Assembly: GCF_000485595.1 (NCBI RefSeq)
Contig: NW_014577069.1
Location: 491,484 to 555,483, forward strand
From: Priapulus caudatus
Taxonomy: Eukaryota
Direction: 5' to 3'
DNA length: 64,000 nt
Position 1 is the first letter of the stretch, and each line of letters begins with the position of its first letter. The position numbers were made by a program, and so were the translations under genes. The notes below the pieces were generated by a model that was given only the letters and a program-made list of their open reading frames with translations, was not told the origin of the DNA and ran no database searches. Positions 13,405-24,258 of this stretch are shown here, in pieces.

Positions 13405-14395
13405 CTGGATATGTGTGCGGGTACATGTACATGCGTTTACGCGCGCACATGTACGTGCGTTGGTGGGTGGACATGACTGTGTGTGTGTGTGTGTGTGTTG
13501 TGTGTGTGTGCTGTGTGTGTGTTGTGTGTGTGTGTGTGTGTGTGTGTCTGTGTCTGTGCGTGCGAAAGCCGCACGTGTGTGTGCGTGTGTGCATGGGTAC
13601 ATGCATGTGTATCAGGAGTAGATAATAGGTAATTCCCTATTATCTACACCTGATGTATATGTGTGTAAACCTGAATTGTTCGTGCTCTTTTTGACGGACC
13701 GATTTGTCTTTGGTGAAAAGATGATGTAGAGCCTATAATTTACGAAATACTGAATAGAATGCGTGGCAACGTGAAACATCGATGGTAATAACGACTCCGT
13801 GTACACATTTGTATAGTCGGAATACGAGGTGCGAAACCCGCTGTTCACTCTCTGCTAGCTTTCTTCTCGCTCACTATCCCCTCTCTCTCTCTCTCTTTCT
13901 CTCTCGGTGCGAAACCCGCTGTTCACTCTCTGCTTTCTTCTCGCTCACTATCCCCTCTCTCTCTCTCTCTTCCTGCCCCCTCCTCTCTCCCTCACTCTTT
14001 ATCTCCCTTCGTGTGGCTGGATGTATGTGTGCGCGTTTACGTGCGTAAATGAATGCGTTGGTGGGTGGACATGAGTGTTTGTGTGTGCGTGCTTGAGTGT
14101 GCGCGCGCGCGTGTGTGTGTATTGTATGTGTGCGCGTATGTGTGGGAGTGAGCGCGTTTGTGCGTGTGCCTGTGCGTGTGCGTGTGCGTGTGGGCGTGGG
14201 TACGTGCATGTGTATATGTGTAAACCTGATTTGTTCGTGCTCTTTTTAACGGACAGGTTTGTCCTCAGTGAGTGGGTGATGCAGAGCCTATTTACGAAAT
14301 ACTAAAATGAATGCGTGACAACGTGAAAGATGATAATAACGACTTCGTGTACCCATTAATATCGTCAGAATACGAGGTAGGAAACCCGCTGTGCA
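13405..14395. repeat. Two diverged tandem copies of a ~400-460-bp unit embedded in (CT)n/(GT)n microsatellites
   Basis: 13654-13847 aligns by eye with 14211-14392 (tgtaaacctga..ttgttcgtgctcttttt..acggac...gaaacccgctgt). Confidence 0.75.
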
Positions 14396-14691
14396 ATCTC
14401 TCGTTGTAACGCTGTGAGTGGTCGCTGGGAAAATCCGTTCTTATTGTCGCGATGGTTCGCCGAGACACGACGATGACAATTAATCCTGTCCAACGAATAG
14501 AGGCAGAGAAGCGCCACCTACCGTGTCGCAGCTACAAGTCATGTAAACTAATTACTACTTTATTATAGATCACGTCCCTCTCTTTCTACGTCAAAGTAAG
14601 TGAGCGATATTGTGCCGTTAATCTATATCGCTATAAAGCTTTCCATTAACATTTCCATTGCAGACGTGTCACTTGTTGCGCATGTCTGTAG

Positions 14692-14752
<61 letters not shown>

Positions 14753-15222
14753 TTGCTTCGCATTCTACCTCAACCACTAGTAAGATTCGCAGGTCGACAG
14801 ATGAATGTAGGTGGATGTGGATGTGGTCAGTCATATATGAATGTTGTCAGTAAACTCACGCTTCGCTAAGCTCGGCTATATATTGCCACCTGGGCAACCT
14901 TAGACGGCGGCTACCACGGGAGACGCGTCACCACGCCTACAATACACGGAAGGGTATACTACGGTAAGGTGGACCGAGGTACCAACCAACTTCTTTAAGT
15001 CGGAGCTGCGAGAACCATTGCGCTGATTAGGTAGTGTATATGAATGAATACGTTGTGAGTATTGGATGTCCGCTACAATACCCCAAGACTGCACGTCTAT
15101 TTTCGCTCCGAGTGACCGCATGCACAGAGCGCCCTGTTCAGTTAACACGTACAAAAGTCCTCAAGAAGTTAAATAGAACGTTTTAGAAATAACTATATAG
15201 AGTAAAGATATAGGAAACAGCA

Positions 15223-17349
15223 ATGGATCCACAAACAATCAATATCACCTATGCGTCCAACTCGTCTCTATTTGATGACGTTAGCAAGCGATGGAGGGAG
15301 CCCCTCAGCGTTGGTCACTTGCTCATCATGACCGCTTTAATCGCCACTACCGTTATTCTGAACTCACTCGTAGTGTCTACGATTTACAAGGTTGCAACAC
15401 TTCAAACCCCGACTAACATCATGCTGGGCAGCCTGTCATTGATCGACATACTGTTTGCCATTACTGGCTTAGCAATTTTGATTGTAACATCAGTTTATCG
15501 ATCTCCAGGTCGGTTTGTCTGTGCTATATTTATCTTTAATTCTACAACGTTTGGGCTCAATGCCATATACCACTACGTGTTCGTAACCATCGAGAGATAC
15601 ATTGCCATCTGCTACGCTACTAGGTACAAAAGCTTAGTGACAAAGCGCAGGTGCACCACATGTGTATGTGTTGCTTGGGTATGCAGCCTGATGCACGGAA
15701 CCGCTAGCCTTTTCCAAACGACCAGTAATTGGTTTCCCGGTAGTGGGTGCCTCTTCGAGGCCCTACTAGTTGACACCTATGTATATATCATTGCAGCACA
15801 CTGGATCTTAACCGCACTCATAGTGATCGTTGTCTATCAGCGGATACTGGTAACAGTGTTCAGAAGACGTAAGTCTGTAGGTGAGCAGCAAGTACGGCCA
15901 AACGCCGTTCTAGCTTGGCGAAGGAACGTTAAGGCGGCTTACCTGGTTATAACAATCGTCTCTACATCACTTCTTTGTTACACACCTCATGTTTTACACC
16001 TTATACTTACAGCATACTGGAATCGAAGTTACACAACACTCCTTAATGTGCGTAACCTGGGACTTTTATTGAATGGGTTAATAGATCCAATCGTCTATTC
16101 ACTTCATGTTAAAATACTACGTGAACACATAAAGAGGATCTTTTGTAGCAGAAGTAGCAACAGCGTCATTAATATAGAAGTAACACCATATGTGGGTCGA
16201 TCGATCAGCAAGTCAAGGCTAACAGGTACTAGGGCAGGTCCCTCAGGTAGAAACACAGGTCCAACATGCAGTTACATTGTCACATCAGGCAGTAACGCGG
16301 GTCCATCAGGCAGTCACATGGGTCCAACAGGCAGTAACATTGGTCCATCAGGCAGTCACATGGTTCCATCAGGCAGTAACATTGGTCCATCAGGCAGTAA
16401 CATGGGTCCATCAGGCAGTAACATGGGTCCATCAGGCAGTAACATGGGTCCATCAGGCAGTCACATGGTTCCATCAGGCAGTAACATTGGTCCATCAGGC
16501 AGTAACATGGGTCCATCAGGCAGTAACATGGGTTCATCACTCAGTAGCATGGGTCCATCAGTCACTAACATGGGTCCATCAGGCAGTAACATGGGTTTAT
16601 CACTCAGTAGCATGGGTCCATCAGGCAGTAACGCAGGTCTTTCAGTCAGTAACTCAGGTCTATCTCCTAGTAACATAGGTCTATCAGGCAGTAACATAGG
16701 TCCATCAGGCAGTAACGCTGGTCCATCAGGCAGTAACACAGGTTTATCAGGCAGTCACATGGTTCCATCAGGCAGTAACATTGGTCCATCAGGCAGTAAC
16801 ATTGGTTCATCACTCAGTAGCATGGGTCCATCAGGCAGTAAAATGGGTCCATCAGGCAGTAACATGGGCCCATCAGTCAGTAACATTGATCCATCAGGCA
16901 GTAACATGGGTCTATCAGTCAGTAACATGGGTCCATTAGGCAGTCACATTAGTCCATCAGGCAGTAACATGGGTCCATCCGGCAGTAACATTGGTCTATC
17001 AGTCAGTAACATGGGTCCATTAGGCAGTAACATGGGTCCATCAGGCAGTAACATGGGTCCATTAGGCAATGACGCCGGTCCATCCGGCAGTAACATTGAT
17101 CCATCAGGCAGTAATGTGGGTTCATCACACAGAAACACAGATCCATCAGACAGTAGCACTGGGCCATCGTGCAGCAATATAGACCCATCGGACAATAAGA
17201 CAAGTTTATTAGACAGTAACACAGATTTATCAGATAGTAACACAAGTTCGCCAGGCAGTATCTCACGTCCATCAGGCAATGACACAGGATCATCAGACAA
17301 TAAAAATGGTGTATCAGGCAGTAACACAGGTAACTCAGGAGCTAGGTAA
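15223..17349 (+). CDS. Intronless rhodopsin-like (class A) orphan GPCR, 708 aa, with a long heptad-repeat C-terminal tail
   Basis: Seven hydrophobic segments; TM1 Asn (LNSLV); TM2 LSLID; ERY at the end of TM3; TM4 Trp; CYTP in TM6; DPIVY in TM7; N-terminal sequons NIT and NSS. AATAAA at 17582-17587. Confidence 0.9.
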   Translation: MDPQTINITYASNSSLFDDVSKRWREPLSVGHLLIMTALIATTVILNSLVVSTIYKVATLQTPTNIMLGSLSLIDILFAITGLAILIVTSVYRSPGRFVCAIFIFNSTTFGLNAIYHYVFVTIERYIAICYATRYKSLVTKRRCTTCVCVAWVCSLMHGTASLFQTTSNWFPGSGCLFEALLVDTYVYIIAAHWILTALIVIVVYQRILVTVFRRRKSVGEQQVRPNAVLAWRRNVKAAYLVITIVSTSLLCYTPHVLHLILTAYWNRSYTTLLNVRNLGLLLNGLIDPIVYSLHVKILREHIKRIFCSRSSNSVINIEVTPYVGRSISKSRLTGTRAGPSGRNTGPTCSYIVTSGSNAGPSGSHMGPTGSNIGPSGSHMVPSGSNIGPSGSNMGPSGSNMGPSGSNMGPSGSHMVPSGSNIGPSGSNMGPSGSNMGSSLSSMGPSVTNMGPSGSNMGLSLSSMGPSGSNAGLSVSNSGLSPSNIGLSGSNIGPSGSNAGPSGSNTGLSGSHMVPSGSNIGPSGSNIGSSLSSMGPSGSKMGPSGSNMGPSVSNIDPSGSNMGLSVSNMGPLGSHISPSGSNMGPSGSNIGLSVSNMGPLGSNMGPSGSNMGPLGNDAGPSGSNIDPSGSNVGSSHRNTDPSDSSTGPSCSNIDPSDNKTSLLDSNTDLSDSNTSSPGSISRPSGNDTGSSDNKNGVSGSNTGNSGAR
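16282..17340 (+). repeat. Coding 21-bp minisatellite (GGTCCATCAGGCAGTAACATG; GPSGSNM), roughly 50 units, degenerate toward the 3' end
   Basis: Visible periodicity, and the GPCR reading frame stays open throughout. Confidence 0.95.
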
Positions 17350-17722
17350 GCACATTCACTACATACATTATGATGTTATATTATAGTGAGCAAGAAGTTG
17401 CCACGCGTGACATTTCACTGTGTAGTAGGAGTAGCACGTACCGGTGCTTTCTGCTGTATAGGATTTCTGTGACTGTCAGCTAATAACGCATCTAGGGCAT
17501 TTGGAATCACTCTGTTGATTAAACAGTACTTTAAAGGTTATTTAGTGTAGACTAGTATTCGTTATATTCTATTATATATATAATAAAATAATTTCATTGG
17601 ATTTCGTTGAAACAATGAAATCATATTTATCTCGTATTAAATCCAAGAAATTAACTTACTATCGAAATTTTCCTTCGGGAAATCTTCATCAGGATGTGAC
17701 GTCACCATAGGGGGCAGCAGGT

Positions 17723-17763
<41 letters not shown>

Positions 17764-17947
17764 AGCCTCGGGCCCGTTTCAGTTGCATTGTACTTATATT
17801 ATGCTTCGTTGTAATTTTATCTTGTTTTCGCGCAATCTATTAGGGAAATAGCTATGATCGCGGTGTTTGTATCAGTGTGTTACTGTATGTGTCTATATAT
17901 CCCCTATATGTGCCTATATATTCCCTATTATTTACTTCTGATATATA

Positions 17948-18004
<57 letters not shown>

Positions 18005-19791
18005 ATGCGTGTGCGCGTGCGCGTATACGTGTGTGCATGCGCGCGTCGTGTGTGCGGTATAAGGAACTCCTATGAAAACTGTCGTTCCCATGACAGCCAT
18101 ACTTGACATTTGTATGTCAAAGGTGCGATATAGTTTTGGGGTAAAGATTTAATGTTATTTATGTCATCCGCAAAGACGGAGCGTGTCCGGCCTACCGTCT
18201 GACAGAACGTTGGATGCATATCGCTGATAGGTTAAACAATACTAGACGACGCGTAGTCACGCGCGCATGGAGAAGCTGCTACTGTGGTACACGACGCATG
18301 CAGTAAGGTATATCAATGTGTGAAGAAATTCGGAAAAGCCTAATTCAGAACGCATTGGTAATGATTGAACGCAACAAAAATGCCAATTAACCTCCTATTT
18401 ATGTACATATTTATTTACATGCATAATATTATACATATTGTACAATTTTATATAGTCATGCGTGCAGAAGAGGCCTGGACAGCCTCTACGGGGCATAGCT
18501 CGGCTGTGTTACCCCACGTGGATTTGATTTGCTGGTTAGATGATGCCATTTTTCATAAAGGTTGTGCTGACTAAATGCTACACTAAGTTAGCAATGTACG
18601 ACTAGTTTCGACTTGTGGTAGTCATCGCCAGGTTCTTCTATGTTTTTACAGCTGAATAAGCTGTGCTTTTCAGCGTATTCTCTCCTCATTATATACCATA
18701 TCAGTATGTTGATGGTGGCCAATATAGCGTAGAAGTACCCTAGCCTCCTGCGAAAGGGGGGCGCCAAAAGGGGGCGCCAAGGTGGGCGCAAGTAGGTGCA
18801 GGGGGCATCGAATTGGCTGTAAGGGGCGCCACTGGGTCTGAGTGGGCGCCAAGGCGGGGCGCAGGTGGGCGCAGGTGGACGTCAGATTGGTACCGCTAGT
18901 GGGCGCAGGTGGGCGCCGTAAGGGTGTGCCGTTCACTTTAATGGGCGCATCTAGGGGGACGCCTCTGATCACGTGATCTGTATTGCTTCCTGGAGGGCTA
19001 CGTTATCTGACGTGCACGTCATAGTGTTTGTGACGTGTGCAGAGGTTCATATATAATAGGCTCCATGTTGTCTGTATGCGTGTTGTACACGTGTTTTAGT
19101 GTGTTATGATGTCATGGACCAATCATTCAGCTCGTGTGGGGGGAACGGGTTGGTTTCTCCACGTCTGAAAAGGATTTCCTGTTGGGGGGGGGGGCGTAAA
19201 ACGTTTGCTTGTGATTGGGAAAGCTGGTTAGTGTGTGTTGGCCCCCGCTTATGTTCTCTATGTGACCTGTGCGTTGTCACGTCGTGCGTATCTGCAAATT
19301 TAGGGTATATAATTATATATATATGGGTTGCGTATTCCTGAGGATGGGTAGGAATTATTAACCCCATGGAAGGTGTTGTATACTATTAAACGTACGGCGG
19401 CCCCTTCCGAGAATCCCCATGAAGGTGGGGGTTTCCGGAGGGGGCGCCTACGCCCCCTCAGGTGAAGGGGAGGCCGTTAGATAGTATAGTGCGGTAAAAA
19501 AAAGAAGGGAAGAGAGTCGAGTAAAATAAAAGGCATTGGCAGTAAAGGTGATAGTGCTGTAGAACGTAGCGACTGTGTGTGGTGGAGGTACGGATGTTGT
19601 GTCTCGAATACAGAATGTGTTCCTATTCCATGTATAGGCCGAAGAAAGAACAGTGAAGACGGGTAGAGGGATCAGAGGAAAGCCTCTATACCGCGTCAAG
19701 GAGTTGCTCAGCTCAACCCACAACATGTGTTTTTAACGTACAATTTTATAATAAAAGGCATCATTAAGTTGTTGCTAATGTTGTTTGTTAC

Positions 19792-19833
<42 letters not shown>

Positions 19834-20239
19834 CGTTGCTTATTTTTCTGCCGCTGCTGCTGTTTCTGTTATTGTCGTTGTAATTAGAATGATTGCTGTT
19901 GATGTCGACAAATCGTCGTCATAATATTCTTATTATAATCCCCGGTAACGCCGAGCACCTCGCTCCTAACTTATACGGATATAATACTTGTTACTCGTGC
20001 AGTGTATGATGAGTGGAACGCATGAAGCAAATCAGTCAGCTGCAGCGCGGATGAGACGCGCAGTTCAGCGGGATATGCTCACGCGACCGCGGGGATGTTC
20101 AAGTATGAAGCGCTGTCCGCAGTGGAGACGTGCGCCAAATTCGAGGCCCGGCGCACGTCTCCACAGCGGTCAGCGGATGGTCTGTAGCTTTAGAAGATAA
20201 CAATGAAGACCTTGTTCTAAATAAGACGTATATTGCCCA

Positions 20240-20445
20240 CCTCTCACTCCGAAGGCTGTGAGTTCAAACCCCCGGCCTGTGCAGTAAATTTTATCAAGGT
20301 GTAAAAACCTGGCTTTCAACATTGGAGACTGTGAATCTCCCGTGGCTCGGATGACCACGTAAAATGGCGGACCCGTCTCCAGTAATACTAAGGCCCGGCT
20401 TTTAACAGACGGTGAGGAGCTTCATGTGCTAGGGGTTCCTGTTAG
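20240..20445 (+). mobile_element. 5'-truncated tRNA-derived SINE-like fragment
   Basis: B-box-like GAGTTCAAACCC at 20260-20271, followed by GGATGACCACGTAAAATGGCGGACCCGTCTCC, which resembles conserved central domains of metazoan SINEs (recalled resemblance only). Confidence 0.4.
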
Positions 20446-20971
20446 AATGAAAATTCCGAGTGGGGCAAATTGAAAAGAAAACTAGGATATCTCAATGCGA
20501 TGTCTCCACATGTGCAATGCATGCATTCTACAGATCAGTAACTGCTAGCAAAAGTATCAAACTGGTCTGTTTACATGGTGAGAGGAATTGCGTTGCTCCG
20601 TATATCACTAGTAATGGGTCAGGAAATTTTCAAGTGAATCCGAAATTGTGTGCGGCTGATAGCTGTTTATATAGTGTCAGATATCATTGCTTGTAATGGG
20701 AAAACTAATACACCGTTTCACATACCATACCTTTCGCTGATTTTGTAATCGCGTTTGGTAACAAAGCAACGCGTTCGGATGAGTGACGACAAAATTATAA
20801 GCGATCCATGCTTACTACTGAAAGAAACTACTTACTCTGGCACACATTTCACTCAATGTTCCATAACACGGTTTCCATGCAACGCGTGTGACACGGAGCT
20901 AGTACCAATCCGGCAATCTAAGGTAACCGGTATACATCATCACATGTTCCAAGCAAGTACATAGATAACTG

Positions 20972-21336
20972 CAAGAGCGTATGAGAGCGTACACCGGTAA
21001 AATGCAACAAACATGTTGTCGTTTCAGTGGAATTAGTAAACTTTACCCGTTTTATTTTGACGATTCCTTGCGGTATTATTATTATTATTATTCAGCAGTC
21101 CTACCTTGATAATATAAAAGCAACCGCTTGGCCATACGGTGTTCCTACGCTGAGATATTAAGCGGTAAAATCTAGTGTTTTGGCGAAAATCGAACTCGAG
21201 TTGGCAACTAGCTGCGACTCTCTCGCGTTTAGTATACAGTATGTTGCTTCCTGTCGCCGCTGAGTAGCGCTGACTTATTACGTCATTACTACAGAGTTTA
21301 CTAAATCCAGTAGTTTACATACTTAATACGCTCTTG
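20972..21336. mobile_element. 365-bp P-superfamily-like MITE
   Basis: Termini CAAGAGCGTAT...ATACGCTCTTG; 7-bp TSD ATAACTG at 20965-20971 and 21337-21343. Confidence 0.8.
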
Positions 21337-21789
21337 ATAACTGTAATACATCTTTCATTTTATATATACTGTGAATGCTCCGGTATATGCAGTGATTCTA
21401 TCAACTTCATGCGGACTATATTTCCCTGCACATTTACCAGAGCTGTTTGGGCCTACTGTCCGGGAATGCATCGTAATCTCACTGACTCAAGTATACGGAG
21501 AATTTCAGGACAAGTGTTTACCATAAAAGCAGAAAAACCATCGGCGCAACTTCACCCGTGACTCCCATGCAGCATGGAAATCTACTTTCGACAGGCTACC
21601 GGTGGCTATTTCTCTTGTCTGATGAGAATTTGTAGTCAAGGGTTGAGGTAAGGACGCGTATAGCTATATTGTTTCTCGAATAACGAATTGATGGCCCATC
21701 CCCATGTCGTCTGGCAAAAATGTTTTAGTGTCTTTTAAAAACTATAACAGAGAGTTTTCACGTATACAAATTATAATCTCGTAGAATCG

Positions 21790-22030
21790 CGGATGACAAC
21801 AATATTACTACATTAATAGTCTGTCCGTGGCACCCGGCAATCGGTGACAGGAATAATGTGGCAAAAACGAATACGATGAATACGTAGTTAACAGCAGCCC
21901 ATCCATGGGGCGGCAGGCACACCTTGCTAGCGTCTTAATTCGACAGTTTTATTTTGTTTTTAGGTGGTAGAAGAATCTGTCCGGTGATTGTAATGTTGCT
22001 TACAATCTCGTCGGTTGCAGACTGATCGAC
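21790..22030 (-). pseudogene. Relic of a paralogue of the neighbouring ZP gene (C-terminal part, inverted)
   Basis: The minus strand translates as ...DEIVSNITITGQILLPPKNKIKLSN*DASKVCLPPHGWAAVNYVFIVFVFATLFLSPIAGCHG, versus the intact gene DDVTDNITITGQILV...DDSKVCLPPHGLAAVLCVFVVFVFAAFFMSVIACCRG. It has an in-frame stop. Confidence 0.85.
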
Positions 22031-22674
22031 GTAACTTATGCTGAAAGATTTTCCACGTCCCTAACCTCCGACCGTAGGTACTGCTGATAATGGAGCGGAT
22101 TCGTAGTCATTTACAACCAGAAAGTTGTTGTTGTTGTTGTTGTTGTTGCTAGTCATATGCACCGTTTCCACGAGTTAATACGCGTACCTGGCATCACAAG
22201 TTTTAGTGACGTTTTGTTAGCGATTTTGATGAGCATACCGATTGCGCCAGTTTCCCAAATAATAGAACGCATGATTTTGGTTCGTTAAATGGGGTTCCAT
22301 GCGGGGTGACTAGATTGACAAGATCAGATTATATATGAATAGATCAACAAGAGTCGGTTGAAGTAGGTACTCCGCAACTAGTATTGTCGCGCGTGTACAA
22401 TGATATGTTTTGTATTGCGCATGGTAGCAGCAAAATGCCTGCAGCTAAAGTAACCGGTATACTTATCCCGAAACCAGTCAACTCGATAATGTCGGTGATG
22501 GCGAGCACCTGGGAACTTTACTTGCAAATAGCAACAACAACAGCAACAACAATAACAACGACTTTCTGGCGCTGGCAGTTTAACAATCGACGGTTAACAA
22601 TCGACGAACTGTCGAAACAAAGGACGATGAACACATAATTAATTAGCCAGCGCTCGAGGTGCCATGCTCCGGTG

Positions 22675-22710
22675 TATATAAGCGCGCGTTACTCCATGAT
22701 AAACATTACT
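22675..22710 (+). promoter_or_regulatory. TATA box and probable initiator of the ZP gene
   Basis: TATATAAG at 22675-22682, CATT about 29 bp downstream, ATG at 22737. Confidence 0.6.
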
Positions 22711-22736
22711 AACCGACTGACTACCAAATTGCACAG

Positions 22737-24258
22737 ATGCCTAGTGTGGCGCTATTCCTCCTCGTGCTGAGTGCCTGCATCCACGAGGGTCGATTCGTTG
22801 AGATCCTCGAGCCACGTAAGTATATTTGTACACCCTATTCGTATTACAACGAACGCATATAATTATCTGGTATCATGAACATATCTATACATGGATGAAT
22901 ATGGTTACACAATTATAGTGTGAATATGTTCATGCTTACCTGTTACTATCACCGTCAACATGCCATCACGTACATGAACGTTACTGTGGTATCGTCTACT
23001 GTATTCCGTTTCAACTTTCGTCGTTTTTCTGTCATTATTGATGTTATTAAATTTTTATTACATTTATTTATTAATAATTTTATTATCTATTTTTTTCGTT
23101 TTTAACTTACATCAATTTTTCGTCGTTCAATATTTAGGTTACTCTTTTCGTAATCATCGTCGTCGCGGTTTTCTCATTCTAGCGCAAGAGGTCACCTGCG
23201 ATGGCGACGCATTGACGGCAACGTTCCGCTTCGCTGCCGGCTTTAGCGGCGAGGTGTTCGCTGAAGGTTTCCACGACGTCGCCGAGTGCCGAGCGGTCGG
23301 CGACGGATCTGCGAGCGTGACGATGTCCGTCGCGCACGACACGTGCGGACTGTCGGCGCTGCCGCACAGCGACCCGAAGCAGTTCGGCGTCCGTCTGATC
23401 GTCGCCAGGCGACGAAACCTACTGCAGAGCGACGACTTCACGCTGTCGACGTCCTGCACGTATGCGCCGCCGGAAGCGATCGCCGTCGTCGCCGACGACG
23501 TGAACGTCGGCCGACTGTCGACGAGCGTCGTCGACGCGACGCCGGAACCGTGCGAGGCGACGCTGCGCGTCTGGCGGGGCGACGACATCGACGACAAGCG
23601 GCCCGTCGCGACGGCGGTCGGCATCGGCGACGGCCTGCTGCTCGTCGCCGCGCTGGAGAACGACGACGTATTCAAGAGCATTGCCGTGTTCGACTGCTTC
23701 GCGCGCAGTCCGGCGACTGGTCGCCAGGTGGCGCTGATCGACGCCGCCTCGTGCGTCGACGCGGCGCTGCGCGACGACATCGTGCGCAGCAGCCGCCTGC
23801 GCAAGCGCGTCGGCGGCGACAACGCGCCCGTCGAAAAGTACATCGCCTTCAACGCCTTCAAGTTTGCTGACGACGACCGGGTCGAGTTCACGTGCAGCGC
23901 GTACGCCTGCGTCGACGCCGACGACTGCGACGATCTGTGCGAGCCGGCGAGGCGACGACGGCGGCAGGTCGGACGTCGGCCAGCTGCCGACGATGACGTT
24001 ACCGATAATATTACGATCACGGGGCAGATTCTCGTGCGAGACAACGGCAGGGGGAGGAGGAAGCAGAGCTCGCAACCTCTGTTCGATGAAGATGATAGTA
24101 AAGTGTGTCTGCCGCCCCACGGACTCGCTGCCGTTCTATGTGTCTTCGTCGTTTTTGTTTTCGCGGCATTCTTCATGTCGGTGATTGCCTGTTGTCGCGG
24201 GCCAACCACAAAAGACGACTCAGTGGTAATGTTATTGAAATTCGTTGAGCGTACATAG
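22737..24258 (+). CDS. ZP-domain (cuticlin-like) single-pass membrane protein, 384 aa, join(22737..22815,23183..24258)
   Basis: Exon 1 encodes a signal peptide (MPSVALFLLVLSAC...) and ends C|gtaagt in phase 1. The acceptor ttctag at 23182 restores the frame (P-QEVTC). ZP-N (EVTC...FSGEVF...C...C...C) and ZP-C (DCFA...LIDAASC...FNAFKF...VEFTCSAYAC) are followed by a furin-like RRRRR site, a TM helix and a short tail. AATAAA at 24366-24371. Confidence 0.92.

Noticed and set aside
16277..17327. Alternative-frame repeat ORFs (HQAVTWV, MDPCYCL, MLLPDGP)
   Set aside because: By-products of the 21-bp repeat; only the GPCR frame is continuous over the whole array.
18588..18965. Hydrophobic minus-strand peptide (LGYFYAILATINILIWYIM) and adjacent gggcgcc-rich tract
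   Set aside because: Short, with no splice context or homology. The GC tract looks like one transposon subterminus without a partner end.
21585..21685. CTGATGA as a hammerhead core (also at about 42989 and 49822)
   Set aside because: No correctly placed GAAA after a stem II.
23038..23182. N-terminus of the 406-aa ORF (MMLLNFYY...)
   Set aside because: AT-rich intron sequence. The signal-peptide exon at 22737-22815 splices in frame at 23183.
23154..24209. 351-aa antisense ORF opposite the ZP gene
   Set aside because: Expected from very high GC3 codon usage; no independent features.
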